Shown in pieces: positions 13,411 to 29,644 of a stretch of 64,000 nucleotides of DNA. The DNA comes from Octopus vulgaris. Taxonomy: Eukaryota. Location: contig OX597818.1 in the NCBI GenBank assembly GCA_951406725.2, positions 58,156,001 through 58,220,000 of the forward strand, read 5' to 3'. The position numbers were made by a program, and so were the translations under genes. The notes beneath the pieces are model-generated. The model made no database searches. It saw nothing but the letters and a program-made list of their open reading frames with translations, and was not told where the DNA came from. Numbering within the stretch: position 1 is the stretch's first letter; every line of letters starts with the position of its first letter.

Positions 13411-13660
13411 AAATCGCGGTTTCGATTCCCAGACCGGGCGTTGTGTGCGTTTATTAAGCGAAAACACCTAAATGCTCCACGAGGCTCCGGCAGGGGGTGC
13501 TGATTCCTGCTGTACTCTTTCACCACTCTTTCTCCCACTTTCTTCTGTTGGCCTGCTCGCTTAGCCAGCGGGTGGCGTCGTTCGAAGGCTAAAACAATGC
13601 GAACGCATTGTGACCAGCAATGTGTAGCAACATCTGATGGTCTGGTCGGTCACGTGGTCA
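13411..13660 (+). mobile_element. SINE group A (tail type 2), 5'-truncated
   Basis: Matches 59257-59565. Confidence 0.8.
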
Positions 13661-14629
13661 ATATATATATACATGGTGTGTGTGTGTGCCCTGGGATAAC
13701 ATTAAAAATCCATCCTGTGGTAAGGTTCCAGTTCCGGAGTTTTTTTAGTTAGGATAGAGCGTTAAGATAGACCATTACTCTCAGTAAGCAGGGTCCCGGG
13801 ATGGTAGTACATTTCAGTGTCCTATCAAATATATTAGATATATTTCCCAATGGTAAAGCCATCTTATCTAGAAAAACACAAAAATCTGACGATAATCTAA
13901 ATTATTGTCAAAATACATATACACTAAGTGAGTGTATATATGTGTGTTACAGTGTGCGAGTTTGTATGAGCGTGTGTGTGTGTGCGTGTGTTTGTGTTTG
14001 TGTGGAATGAGAGAATGGCAAATATGTTTTACATATCTTTCGCAATTAAATCCTATGATTTAATCCTTTTATTGGTCGGTTTTGTATTCTCTGTGTTCCT
14101 TGGTTTTAAACATGATATCAGCAGAATATGCAAGGATGAAAGTCAATCAGAACAATCTAGATGAATTTGAGACGGCTATCATCTGACTGTAAGAGGCAAT
14201 CATTATGAATGTATGTATATGTGTGTGTGAGTGTATGTATGTATGTATCTGTGACAGTGTGTATATGTGCGTGTGTATATATATATAATGCATACACAGT
14301 CATACACACACTTATAAATTTCGCCTATTTTCATATCGTTTTTTATTAACGAATTCAACCTAAACAGAAAAATATACCCAAATTCACGCAGGGCATATTT
14401 TAAATATAGTTGTACAAGAAGAGGGGTGATGCTAATTTCTAAGTACCCTCCAATGTGGCTGAAAGGAGCAGTAATTTCTGACATATAATATCCATTATTT
14501 CATACATATGTATGCATGAGTAAAACGCTCCCCGTCAGACTTTAAACCAAATTTTCTCAAAACAACTTGCCCCACCGTCCCATAGGCCTCCTCTTTGAGG
14601 AACACTGAGTTAACCTAAATTTGAGAAAC

Positions 14630-14922
14630 TCGCGAAAAAAGAGATAAAGTTAGAGTTTTTTTCTATTGCAAAGAAAAACGATTTTATTCACACAAATATG
14701 CAACCGAAGAGTTTAAAGTACCAGTAATGGTATGGTTGTTGACTGGGAGAACGGCTTTATCGATCGCATTATCAACTGGAATCGATTTTTGTAATTTGTT
14801 GAAGACTTATACACGCCCTGATACCATCGGTATCAACATGTCAAATTTGAGCGCAACCGGATGGAGGATGCCCGGGATCGGCGAAGACAGACAGACAGAA
14901 AGAACGGATTTTATATAATAGA
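14630..14922 (+). mobile_element. Non-autonomous interspersed repeat, Helitron/HINE-like end
   Basis: Homologous to 50603-51050 (minus). Ends CAAATTTGAGCGCAACCGG...(GACA)n...TTTTATATAATAGAT. The class assignment is inference. Confidence 0.45.
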
Positions 14923-14969
14923 TAGCCGCACTGCAAATCTAGCACGTAAGCAGACGCATAAAGAAAAGG

Positions 14970-15041
<72 letters not shown>

Positions 15042-15241
15042 ACGCACACGCACACACACCCTACTTGTATATTCACTTGCAACATCTTATACGTATTATT
15101 CATTCCAATTGGTTCCTAATCACATATTCTTTAAAATTTTGGAGTTTGAAAATATAGAGACTCGTGAATGATGTAGAGATTTTAACATTTAAATAAACTC
15201 ATGATTCTAATGTGTCCGATATTTACAAGACTATATGTGTT

Positions 15242-15308
<67 letters not shown>

Positions 15309-15381
15309 ATATACATATATACATAAATACATATATATATATACATAAATATATTTACATTTATACATAGATATATATGTG

Positions 15382-15413
<32 letters not shown>

Positions 15414-15418
<5 letters not shown>

Positions 15419-15743
15419 AAAAAGGGACAGGCAAAACAGGTTGCTTGACCGCATACCGAAAAAATAGAAATAGCAGTCAAGAATGCTTATTTGTATCAAA
15501 GTTGGACTCCGGGCATGACAGACCCTGTAATTCACATATGCAAAACAGAAGGAATAGATAACGAATACGAAGTCTGGCGGTTATCTGTTCCTTCTGTTTT
15601 GCATATGTGAATTACAGGGTCTGTCATGCCCGGAGTCCAACTTTGATAGAAATAAGCATTCTTGACTGCTATTTCTATTTTTTCGGTATGCGGTCAAGCA
15701 ACCTGTTTTGCCCGTCCGTTTTTGCCTGTCCCTTTTTCTTATA
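15414..15743. repeat. Long near-perfect inverted repeat (~150-bp arms, 17-nt loop) next to (TA)n
   Basis: 15414-15562 is the reverse complement of 15580-15743. The ORF track shows the same peptide on both strands. Confidence 0.92.
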
Positions 15744-15906
15744 TACAATATATATACTGAACTTTACAAAAGTTCCTGCCGGTAATCGGCTATATATTTC
15801 CATACCGAATTCTACCAGTAAATAATTGGGGTTTTTTTAAAAGCCTTTATAGAAATTATTTACTCTTATCATTATATATATATATATATATGTGCGTGTG
15901 TGTGTG

Positions 15907-15960
<54 letters not shown>

Positions 15961-15964
15961 TATG

Positions 15965-16005
<41 letters not shown>

Positions 16006-16045
16006 TATGTGTATATATATATATATATGTGTTATGTGTATATAT

Positions 16046-16211
16046 GCAGGAGGTGCAGATGAGGGCAGCTGCATCGAACTCTCTCATGCACCAAATGGCA
16101 GTTGCTAAAAAGCATTCGTGAGGTAAAATCATGTAGCAAACCAAATGGTGGTGCCCCAGCATGGCCACAGCTCATGAGCTGAAACTGGAAAAATCAAAAT
16201 CAAAATCAAAT
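16046..16211 (+). mobile_element. CR1-group LINE family 1, extreme 3' fragment
   Basis: QMRAAASNSLMHQ plus 3' UTR as in 20946-22190. (AAATC)n tail. Confidence 0.85.
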
Positions 16212-16215
16212 ATGT

Positions 16216-16269
<54 letters not shown>

Positions 16270-16628
16270 ATATATGTGTGTTATGTATATATATATATAT
16301 ATATGTGTGTGTTATGTATATATATATATATACGTGTGTGTGTCTGAACTTATGCGTGTTTGTGTTTGGGGGTGTGTGTACGTGCGTCAGTGTTTGTGTT
16401 TCTGTGTGCGTGCGGGTGCCTTTGGGTGTGTTTGCGGTGTGATGGTAATTTGATTGATCTTGTTTCTTCCGAAATCTATCGGATTATATATAACTTAATC
16501 TTACAGAAGTATAGAAACTGAAATCAGAGCTAAATAAAAAAATATAATTTAATCCTCGTCAATCTGAACTTCAATGGATTCAAAATACATTATTTACATC
16601 CAAAATAATAATAATAATAGTAATAATG

Positions 16629-16696
<68 letters not shown>

Positions 16697-16985
16697 TAAT
16701 AATAATGATAATAATAAAGAAACTTTAGTCAAAAACACACCACAAAACATTACAGCACAGAAATCTCAGTTATGAAAGTCTCAAAAGTTTAATTATTTAT
16801 CGATTTCATTATTGATTTAAGAATCAATAGCGTAGTCTTTAATTGATAGAAGGCCTAAATGCATCGGTTTTAATTCCACTAATTAAGCATTAACATCAAT
16901 GACTGTAAATACGTCTGTGAATTCGTGTGTGTGTGTGTATGTATGTATGTATGTATGTATGTATGTATGTATGTATGTATGTATG

Positions 16986-17039
<54 letters not shown>

Positions 17040-17301
17040 TCCCTAACGCAGCTTTCATCGAGTGATAATATTTTCATTGTATAATATTTCACATGTGAAA
17101 TACTGGGGATACAAGCGAATAAATTATTTTACGGGGGGGGGTGTAGAAACCATATAAAAACATGAATTACAAGAAGAGAATATAATTATGTAACCACATG
17201 ATATGCCTAGGATTATGTGTGCACCAATATGCATGGTAAGCATTTTTCTTTGTAATTGTACATGTACGAATAAATATAGGTGTAGAAGATTACTTTTTCA
17301 G

Positions 17302-17676
17302 ATCAACTAGACACAATGGTTATACCGATGCTTCAACTCTCAGAAAATAGTTTTATAATACGGAGCATGTATGTTGGCGCAGATATGTAAAATGTTTCAT
17401 TATACACTGCAATTATTATTGAAAGACGAAGGGCGCAAAATGGACATAAACTAAGGCATATCATGTGCTCACATAAATATATTCACTTCCTGTAATTCGT
17501 GTCTTTCTATGTTTGCTACCCCCCACCCACGTACAATAATTTATTCTTTTGTAACCCTTGCATTTCAGTTGCATGCAATTCTTCATTATAGATCTCCCTT
17601 GTTGGTTAGAATGTGATATGATTACCAGGTCTCTTGGGGTGCTGTCTCTAGATGCCAAAAGTTTCCATGAATCTAT
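17302..17676 (+). CDS. Candidate spliced host exons (17302-17368, 17569-17676), product unidentified
   Basis: tttttcag|...|gtatgt and catttcag|...|gtaatt, phase 2 compatible: [58 protein letters not shown]. Upstream donor catg|gtaagc at 17235. Confidence 0.25.
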
Positions 17677-17773
17677 GTAATTATACACACACACACACGT
17701 CACATCATATCATATATTATTTTAAAAAATTTTTTAAATTTTATCTAGTTTCAGCTCACGAACTGTGGCCATG

Positions 17774-17832
<59 letters not shown>

Positions 17833-17855
17833 CATATACATACATATATACATAC

Positions 17856-17886
<31 letters not shown>

Positions 17887-18072
17887 CATATATATACATA
17901 CTTATATATATATACTATGTACGTCTGCAAACATTTATATATTTGAATATAAATATAAATACGCCTCTACATCTAAATAAATGTAGCTGTACATAAGTGC
18001 GTACATATTCATACACGCATGCATACATACATACAACATACATACGTACGTACATACGCACATACATAAATG

Positions 18073-18153
<81 letters not shown>

Positions 18154-18348
18154 TCAATATAGGGTGGCAAAAAAATTTTGTAGAATCTTATTGCCACCAG
18201 CGGCCTAGTGCATCGTATAAGAAATTACAGGGTAAATGTTTTTTTAATTTTCTCCTGGTTTACGGAATTGATGTTATTTTGCGGTTGAAGCTTTTGGCTG
18301 TTATTTCTAGTGGGTGAATGGCCTATTATGGCCGTTCCTTGATTGTGA

Positions 18349-18402
<54 letters not shown>

Positions 18403-18407
<5 letters not shown>

Positions 18408-18710
18408 CCATCATATACAAGGCAGAAGTTAAAGCAACGCTACATGATAACAGTCATGTGAAGATGATTTAAAATCGCTATACAAACCACACATATTCCT
18501 TTGGACACCGGGCCGAAACTAAAGCTGCTAATTTGGCTAGCCACGCATGCAATTTGAAGTGTTATGTACACCAAATACAATAAAGGGGAAAATAGTTGAG
18601 AAGTCCACACCCTATGTTAACAGATAAAAAAATACAAGCTGTGAACTAACCCGTAATATATCTGAAATTTTCTGCGCTTGGAAACATAAGTTTCTCTTGA
18701 AGAATAGGAC
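18403..18710 (+). pseudogene. Decayed PLE GIY-YIG endonuclease fragment (different family from 10350)
   Basis: Frameshifted peptides KSIIYKAEVK, NRYTNHTYSF, LASHACNLK, KIVEKSTPY, SEIFCAWKHKFLLKN. Begins directly after (TA)n. Confidence 0.6.
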
Positions 18711-19033
18711 AATATCACTCTCTCTGAATGGTGTAGCTGCAATCTTTAGGTCACAGACCGTTCAGCCTTTTGATACTACGATCAAAGGAGGCATAATTTT
18801 AATTCTCTCTCTCTCTCTTACTTTTCTCTGTTTTCTTTTTTGATTTATCAACCTTATACCTTTTTATTTCTACTCCATTCTCGCATTTTCTCGTTTCTTC
18901 CTTCATCCTATCTTCACGTTTTCCATTTAACGCCCTGTAGCTATAGCCTGAGAATTGCGTTTTAAAAATAGGCGTACATTATGTGACATCGCATGAAACT
19001 AATTATATCTCATAGAAATATATTTTGTCTTTC

Positions 19034-19245
19034 GGCGAGCTGGCAGAAACGTTAGCACACCGGGCGAAATGCGTAGCCGTATTTCGTCTGCCGTTACGTT
19101 CTGAGGTCGACTTTGCCTTTCATCCTTTCGGGGTCGACTAAATAAGTACCTAGCTACGCACTGGGGTTGATCTAATCGACTTAATCTGTTTGTCTGTCCT
19201 TGTTTGTTCCTTCTGTGTTTAGCCCCTTGTGGGTAGTAAAGAAAT
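19034..19245 (+). mobile_element. SINE group B monomer
   Basis: Head plus a single body with a small deletion at the B box. Confidence 0.85.
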
Positions 19246-19943
19246 ATATATTTGTTTTTTTCCGTGAATCCTAATACTTTTCTTGAAGGTCACATTTGCC
19301 TTCTGGTGACGCTTTAAAAAGAAAAATGTGAGATGTCGCTTGTATGAGGATCACGGGTCAGTGCAGACGTTATATTTGCATCCGCTTTTTACCTATTCAT
19401 TCTGTCCTTTTGCCTGTTAATGATGGTTGAAGCAAAGTCTCTTATAACATTCTGACAAGTCGATCTTCACTCTGTTCGCTCCAAAGCTATTTGCACAGAG
19501 ATTTTATGAACTGCTGACTGGTTTCCCTTCAGCTTGTTCTTACATCTCAGCTATGCTTCACATACTTTTCTGTGATCACTATGACGCTGGCTCTACATGA
19601 AGACTTTGAGTATTCTTACGGTAAATCTTCTAACGACATGACCAGATATTCGCAATTATGACTACATAAATATCACGCTTCCACGAATCATAAACTTGCT
19701 AAATGATTGTTCCTGTTACTAGAATATAGTCTGTTATTTCCAAAATAGTATAAATCATACGCAAATTTGCTTCACATGCAAACATTTTCACCATCAAGAA
19801 TTACGCAGTTTTATTTGTATTTTTAAAACTAACATAACAAAATCATTCATAATTTTATCATCTATCGCTTGTGTGCGTTTACAGAATAATATATAGGTGT
19901 GTATCGAGGTCCGTCTGTCTGACTCTTCCTCTTCACCCCATCT

Positions 19944-19981
<38 letters not shown>

Positions 19982-20171
19982 TATGTGTGTGTGTGTCTCT
20001 ATCTCTCTCTATATATATTTAAAGTATGTATATGTATGTGTATATATGCACGCACACATACACACACATATATATATATATACATACATAAATATATGTG
20101 TGTGTGAGTGCATGTATGTATATATACATATACATACGTACATATAGATAAGTAACGTTTGGATGCGTATG

Positions 20172-20213
<42 letters not shown>

Positions 20214-20644
20214 TATAAATACAAATATATATATATACGTATATATAGGTATCCAAACGCTACATATCTAGATAGTGATACTAGATAAGGTAAGCAGATT
20301 TATCGATTACTAAAAGTCAATATTTATATTAAAGTTTATAATTTTATGGTAAAATTATTTTATAAAGATAAAGGTAACATCGTGGTTTGTTTAAAGGCGA
20401 TTATATGATTTAACGGTACTGAATCGGTTACAAATATTTTTTTAAACCAGTTCACTTAAATCAAAACCGCGGTCGTTTTTTTTTTATGTAAAATTATACA
20501 TTTATATTGTATATTTCATATTGACAACTGTTTCTGTGCAGCAGACATTTGCTCAAATCTTCTCCGGTTTTCTAAGCGTACAATGACACTTGCACTCACA
20601 CCACCGCACATCACACACATACATAGCCATGTCAATGAATATTT

Positions 20645-20719
<75 letters not shown>

Positions 20720-20721
<2 letters not shown>

Positions 20722-20930
20722 CCATGTTGATTCGTTAGCTACTGCACGCATTTTTTCTCTCCTTCTTTCTGTGTTTTTTTTTCTCTCTGTGTATCTTTCT
20801 GTTGAAGAGCGTAGGCTCGAAACGTTAAAGACTTGTTTTATTTATATTTCCTGAGCGCCATACTAATACAATTGTTCGTTTGTTTTCCACCTGCCTTCGT
20901 CTTTTGTCTATTTTCATAAAGCTTCCCGTT
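20720..20930 (+). mobile_element. Short PLE-pLTR-like module with hammerhead-like motif (20794-20831)
   Basis: TCTTT-CTGTTGA-A-GAGC gtag GCTC-GAAA-CG-TT-AAAGA. Related copies at 23254, 47190 and 63480. Flanked by (TA)n. Confidence 0.65.
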
Positions 20931-20945
20931 ATATATATATATATG

Positions 20946-22835
<1,890 letters not shown>

Positions 22836-22912
22836 TATATACTCATACACACAAATAAAGAAATATATATACTCATAGACAGAAATACAGAAATATATAT
22901 ACATATATATAT

Positions 22913-22965
<53 letters not shown>

Positions 22966-23034
22966 TGTGTGTATAATAAATCTCTGAGCGAGATATAAAC
23001 AGTAGCTGCACAAGACATCGTGAAGTATATATGC

Positions 23035-23077
<43 letters not shown>

Positions 23078-23253
23078 TGGAAATTCACATATTTTGGCAT
23101 TCTCTGGACATCATTCTCCTTTATGCCCACGTTTGACTTTGGCAAATTTGATATCAATTCATCTGTTAAAGCAGAATTCTAAAATAATTCATGTGCTCCT
23201 GAGAGATTGTTAACCAAACGCCTATTGTATTCTAAATATACATACATGTGTCA

Positions 23254-23440
23254 CCATGATTGATCGCTAGCCATTAAACCTTTTTTCTATTTTCTCTCCT
23301 TGTTTATTTCTGAGTTCCTTTCTGATGAAGAGCGCAGGCTCGAAGAGTAAAAGACTGACTTCCCGAGCGTTAAACCAATACATCAGTTTGTTGTTTACGC
23401 ATCCGTGTTCGTCTCTGCTTTTTGTTTTGTAAATTCCAAC
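23254..23440 (+). mobile_element. Short PLE-pLTR-like module with hammerhead-like motif (23317-23354)
   Basis: CCTTT-CTGATGA-A-GAGC gcag GCTC-GAAG...AAAGA. Homologous to 20720-20930. Confidence 0.6.
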
Positions 23441-24629
23441 TATATATATATAGCCACTATTTGTTGGCCCACGTTCTGCAATTTAGTTATAGTTTTTCTG
23501 CGGGGGCAAAGCACTAAATAAGGACTCAGAAATTGGGTAACAGATATAGAGCTAAATAAACGTGAAATGCATTGGTTAGTACCAGGAAACCTTTGTGTTT
23601 AGATATGTATAAATCATATTATATGTGCATAAAACATACACGGTTATATAGTATAGTCTGGGATTTGTATATCATTAAAAACAATCTAGATTTTCTAGCT
23701 CATGATATCAATATCTCGTTTCTCATTCTGCATTTTGTATCATATAATTATGCGAACAGCGATGGGCAAGTACTCTAATCGTGCTGGAGAATAACTGGGT
23801 AGTTACGGACGTGAAACTATTTGAAACTTTTATATTCATGGTACACCCACATACAATTATGCTTACGTATATACATACAGAAATGTGCATGCATGCAAAG
23901 ACAGGTATTTCAATATAGATAAATATTTCACATCATTCATATTCAGAGCAATATTTCTTGAAGTTGTGATAGTTCCATCACGTTGATGTATATGCATGTG
24001 CCGTCCAGGAACAGCAAAAATAACTAGTTACTTCGTCAATAAAATAGATGAAAATGTCGCTTTGCTTCGAGGTTTTGATTGATGGTGGTGCTCAATCCAA
24101 CACATAACAAACACCAGAAGTAGCTATCTACCACGAACGTAATCTCCTATCTTCCCACGCATCATGACATTTGGTGTGAAAAAGCATTTCTAATGAAATC
24201 TTCAAGAATATATTGACATGACAACCTCACAAAAGCCCATAAATATAAATACTAGAATGAGTTCGAACTTTTGTATATAAATAATATTGGTGGTTTATTC
24301 AACAAAAACAGTAACAGATACAAAGGATTTGTTATTGCCCTATGTGACAGAAAGTAATAGATAATCACTGGTAAAACGTCCAGCTGCCAAACTAACTTGA
24401 ATATATAATCTAAATTCGGTAAAATGGGAATAGCTCCGGTGAACTTATGATGAATATCCAGCTCTTGTGTCAGGTTTATGGAATTTAATTTGTTCCCATT
24501 CTTATAGTTGTAAAAAGAGATATAACACCAGTTCAGCCAAAATACTCCACAATAGTAGGATTCCTTAATGTAGAACATGGGAGAATGACTTGACCAATCT
24601 CTGGTCGAAACATATCTAAGTTTTATCTA

Positions 24630-24725
<96 letters not shown>

Positions 24726-24738
24726 CATATATATATAT

Positions 24739-24801
<63 letters not shown>

Positions 24802-24855
24802 CATATATATTTACATACCTACATATATATTTATATAGATACATATATACATACA

Positions 24856-24887
<32 letters not shown>

Positions 24888-24977
24888 CATATATACATAC
24901 ATATATATATACATATATATATATACATACATACATTCATACATACATTATATATATATATATATATATATATATAC

Positions 24978-25524
24978 TTATGTCAGGTCACTTTCGAGTG
25001 CTACCGGTAACATGTAACCCAATACAACCTGCTGCATGATCGGGTCGTCTGCGACTAAACCGGCAACCCCACGAAGTTTGCTTGCTGAGGAGAGTGTTTA
25101 TTGGATACCCTACAGGATGAAAAACAAAACCTGTCAAAGGGCGGAGGAACTCTTGAGAGTCAACGGCAATCCAATAAATGTGTTAAGGCTGTATCACGTG
25201 CAGAGACATAGCAATAATCGGACTGAATACACGATCGCGCGGTTAAACCAATGGGAGTGAAGGACTCCTAGCCTTTGTTAGGGCATCCTTCTAGGAGAAG
25301 GTAACTCAGGTAACTGGGTTAACTGCGACAAAAAAATCTCAGTGGTTACCGATGATGTTGACTTGTTCTTCTTTTCGGATTATGGCTGCTGCTGCTTCGT
25401 GAGTGGGCTTGACTCAGTGCACAGCCTTTCCTCACTTTAAAAAAGATCTTCTTGCACAGGCTTTGCACGATAACATTGATAAAGCTTCGTGCAATGGCCA
25501 TACTTGATAATGAGGGGGCAGCCA

Positions 25525-25528
<4 letters not shown>
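24978..25528 (+). mobile_element. Non-coding retroposon between (TA)n arrays, possibly RTE-derived
   Basis: GC-richer 550-bp island. GGGCATCCTTCTAGGAGAAGGTAACTC resembles RTE-clade 5' UTR motifs as I recall them, and the island ends directly in (AT)n. Confidence 0.35.
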
Positions 25529-25586
<58 letters not shown>

Positions 25587-25667
25587 AATTGGAGCCTGGA
25601 AGGTGTTTATAAGCCATCTAAGAAACGCACAAAAACCGTTAGATTCACTTCAACATATCAATTTAAT

Positions 25668-25716
25668 TCGTCAAAATATTTTCGTCGCTTTGAGAGCGCG
25701 ACCTGTTTACTGACAA
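25668..25716 (-). ncRNA. Hammerhead-like motif, G3:C8 core variant
   Basis: Minus strand TTGTCA-GTAAACA-g-GTCGC gctctcaaa GCGAC-GAAA-ATAT-TT-TGACGA. Position 5 is A rather than G in this copy. Confidence 0.5.
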
Positions 25717-26392
25717 AATTCTGTGCTCTAATGAGCACCAGTATTGCTCGAAATAAAAGTCAAAACAACTCAATAGCCATGAAAATCATTACTTTATTGA
25801 GTGACAAGGGAGGTATGCTCCCTACAGCAGCCAGATCATCGATGATTTCGCATTTCCTTTAATGCTTATCAGTGGCTCTTATCGCCCCTAGGGCTAAATT
25901 TAACTGGCCTTGTCAGTTTATGAGATTTCCGTTGAAATCACACCCTGATTCCATAAACGATAAAAGGAAAGTATCACAAATAATGCCGGTGGCTTATCCG
26001 CAATTTTACAACTCACTGTCATATGTAATAACGGTCATAGTACACTTTGCCTGCTGCTGCCGAAATCAATTATATATATATAGTGTGTGTATGTATGTAT
26101 GTATGTATATAAAAATATGTGTGTGAGTGTTTGTGTGTAACGGAACATCTTTCAACTACGGTAGTTGTGCGATTTCGGCTATAGAATCTTATTATTGAAT
26201 AAATTATAAATAAATGTCTTGTTTACAATAAGTTCTAAGAGAAAAGATTTATTCTAATCCGCATTAGTTTAAAAAGCACAATATGTTCTGTATAAGTGAA
26301 TTAAATATTTTTCCGAAGTATGCATTTCTATAGGGATAACAATAACTTTAATTGTAATAAGAGTAACAATCATATTTATATACACCGTGCAC

Positions 26393-26486
<94 letters not shown>

Positions 26487-26488
<2 letters not shown>

Positions 26489-26661
26489 CGCATGAGTGGC
26501 TGTGTGGTAAGTACCTTGTTTACCAACCACATGGTTCCGGGTTCAGTCTCACTGCGCGGCACTTTGGGCAAGTGTCTTCTACTATAGCCTCGGGCCGACC
26601 AAAGCCTTGCGAGTGGATTTGGTAGACGAAAACTGAAAGAAGCCCGTCGTATATATGTATG

Positions 26662-26715
<54 letters not shown>

Positions 26716-26935
26716 TGTGTGTGTTTGTGTGTCTGTGTTTGTCACCCTAGCATTGCTTGACAACCGATGCTGGTGTGTTTATGTCCCCGTTACTTAGCGG
26801 TTCGGCAAAAGAGACCGATAGAATAAGTACTGGGCTTACAAAAGAATAAGTCCCGGGGTCGAGTTGCTCGATTAAAGGCGCTGCTCCAGCATGGCCGCAG
26901 TCAAATGACTGAAACATGTAAAAGAGTAAAAGAGA
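26487..26935 (+). mobile_element. Full-length SINE group C
   Basis: Head GGCGCATGAGTGGCTGTGTGGTAAG..GGTTCAGTC, internal microsatellite, CR1-like tail. Confidence 0.9.
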
Positions 26936-26980
26936 GTATATATATATATATATATAATGAAAATAATAATAATAATAATA

Positions 26981-27019
<39 letters not shown>

Positions 27020-27494
27020 TTTATTATTTCTTCTTATTATTATTTTTATTATTTAGCAGAATTAACAGCGTGACTGAAGAACAAACCCCCACACACATGT
27101 AAATGCACACACATTCATATGCTTACGAAGCGTGAGATGTATAAATCAAAGATGAGAAAGAAGAAAGAAAGATAGATATATGCATACATACATACATACA
27201 TACATACATACATACATACATACATACATACATACATACATACACAAATCGACATAGGGTGAAACAGAGAACGAGAAGGGCTGTTATTAGCATCCTGTGT
27301 TATCCGATGCTCTTTCGAATTTCGATCGGAACAATTTATTAAACCTATGAATTATTTGTTTTTCCTTTGTTTCTGCCAGTTCCATTATCCTGCTTGTAAT
27401 TCTCAAACATTAAAATACTATCATATTCCGGATAATTTCGGCGAACAGCCTCATGGGAATATATTTGCCCAATGATATTTGCGATTTAAACAAA

Positions 27495-27885
27495 GCGGCA
27501 ATCTGGCAGAATCGTTAGCACGTCGGGCGAAGTGCTTAGCATTATTTCGTCTGCCGCTACGTTCTGCGTTCAAATTCCGCGAGGTCGACTTTGCCTTTCA
27601 TCCTTTCGGGGTCGATAAATTAAGTACCAGTTAAGCACTGGGGTCGATATAATCGACTTAATCCGTTTGTCTGTCCTTGTTTGTCCCCTCTGTGTTTAGC
27701 CCCTTGTGGGCAGTAAAGAAATAGGTATTTCGTCTGTGTTTACTTTCTGATTTAAAACTCCGCCGATGTCGACTTTACCTTTCACCCTTTCGGGGTTGAT
27801 AAATTAGATACCAGTTGCGTACCGATGTCGAACTAATCGCGAAGCCTCCTCCCCGCAAAATGTCGGGCCTTTTGTCTAGACAAAC
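27495..27885 (+). mobile_element. SINE group B dimer (second unit has a different tail)
   Basis: Head plus body, then a repeated body from GGTATTTCGTC ending ...GGGCCTTTTGTCTAGA. Confidence 0.8.
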
Positions 27886-28139
27886 AAATAATATATGCGA
27901 TTTAAACACAGTGTCCATTCAGATATTTTAAATATAATCTTGATAAGTGTAAATGCATGAAATGCTTGCCCTTGCTTCACTCCGTGCTTCTGCTAAATAT
28001 TCACTCTATTTTTCACGTTTGCAACATCATATCTCCAATTGTTGTTTCCATGTTTTTGTTTTCTTAATAGAAATCAAATGACTCCGTATTAAAGAGTGAC
28101 CATTAATGGAAAATACAATATTCTTTTCTTTTCTGCTCT

Positions 28140-28341
28140 AGAGACAAGGCCCGAAATTTTTGTGGAGGGGGACCAGTCCATTAGATCGACCCCGGTACGC
28201 AAATGGTACTTAATTTATCGACCTCGAAAGAATGAAAGGCAAAGTCGACCTTAGCAGAATTTGAACTTAGAACATAAAGACAAACGAAATACCGCTAATC
28301 ATCTTTGTCGGCGTGCTAACGTTCTTGCCAGCTCGCCGCCT
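28140..28341 (-). mobile_element. SINE group B variant
   Basis: Reverse complement of head GGCGGCGAGCTGGCAAGAACGTTAGC and of the conserved body. Confidence 0.8.
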
Positions 28342-28369
28342 TATGGAAAACACAACTTCAAGGTATAAT

Positions 28370-29597
28370 TGGATAATCCCATAAATAATGTGGTGCTTTT
28401 AATTTCATGAACTAAAATTCGGAGTGCAGCAAGATAAACTAACCGTGTCTAAAAGCAAGTAATAATTCTAACTTGCACGTATTCCTAGTGCATGATTTGA
28501 AGAATGCAATTCGAGTTTAATAGTTATATATTCAAGAGCATGTTCGGCATATTTTGCTTTATGAGTTCAATAAAGGCTACAGCACAATGGAAAGTGTGAG
28601 GAATATTAACGCAGTATATGGGGGTCGGAAAATAAGAGTAAGGCTATGTCAACGGTGGTTTCAGAAATTTCCAGCCGGAAACTACTGCCTAGAAGTTGAG
28701 CCTCGTACTGAATGATCTGTACAGCTCGACGTGGACGTCCTGCAAACCCTGGTGGAAGAAACTCCTACCGTGTTCATCGAGGAGCTAGCACATAGGTTTA
28801 GATTTGATCATTCAACCATTCATCAACAATTGGGTGCCATTGGTAACGTCAGCAGATTGGGTCAATGGGTTCCTCACAAACCTTCCCAGTCTAACTGTGC
28901 GCAGAGAGCGAATGTGTGTTTCTCTTTGCTCTTACGTCTCACGAATGAACTTTTTTTTAGACCGAATATCGACTGGTGACAAGGTGACAATAGCGACTGG
29001 GTTCTCTATAAAAATGTCAAGCGCTGAAGACAGTGGTTAGGGAAAGGAGAAACAGCGGCGCCCCAGTGTAAAGAAGGTCTTCACCCACGTAAGGTGCTGT
29101 TATCTGTTTGGTGGGATGTGAAGATTTAGTATACTTTGAACGTTTAGACCAAAACCAAACGATAAATCAGCACTGGAAGAAAAACGACCATCTTCGGTAT
29201 GGAAACGAAAAGAGTTCTGTCATCAGAATAATGTTCAGCTACGTAATATGGGGATGCTAAAGGCTTGAGCAGTTTAAATGGGAAATGATGTCCCACTCAC
29301 CATATTCGAGGGACATTGCCCCATCTGATTATCAGTTATTCAGCAGTCTTCAAAATCATTTGGATGGAAAAAATATGAATACTGTAGACGGGGTCAGAAC
29401 AGTACTGGAGGAGTATTCTTCGTCACGGACAAGTGAATTCTGGAAGAGGGGATTTCCAAGTATATGAGATAGCTGGAAGTGCATTGTAGAAAATGACGGA
29501 GAGGATATTTTAGATTAAAAAAGAAATTTAATTTTTTTTAATTTTGAAAAATATAAGAAGTTTAAAAAAAAACGCATCATTCGTGGGATGACCAAAT
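28370..29597 (+). mobile_element. Decayed full-length mariner (DD34D) element
   Basis: Remnants HVRHILLYEF, QRWFQKF, WVPHK, TGDK, KVLLSVWWD, PYSRDIAPSDY, FWKRG. TIRs ATTGGATAATCCCATAAATAATG / CATCATTCGTGGGATGACCAAAT. Several stops and frameshifts. Confidence 0.9.
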
Positions 29598-29644
29598 TTA
29601 TTGCTATAGTTATTTCTTTCAAAAGGAAACAAACATCGGTTTAG

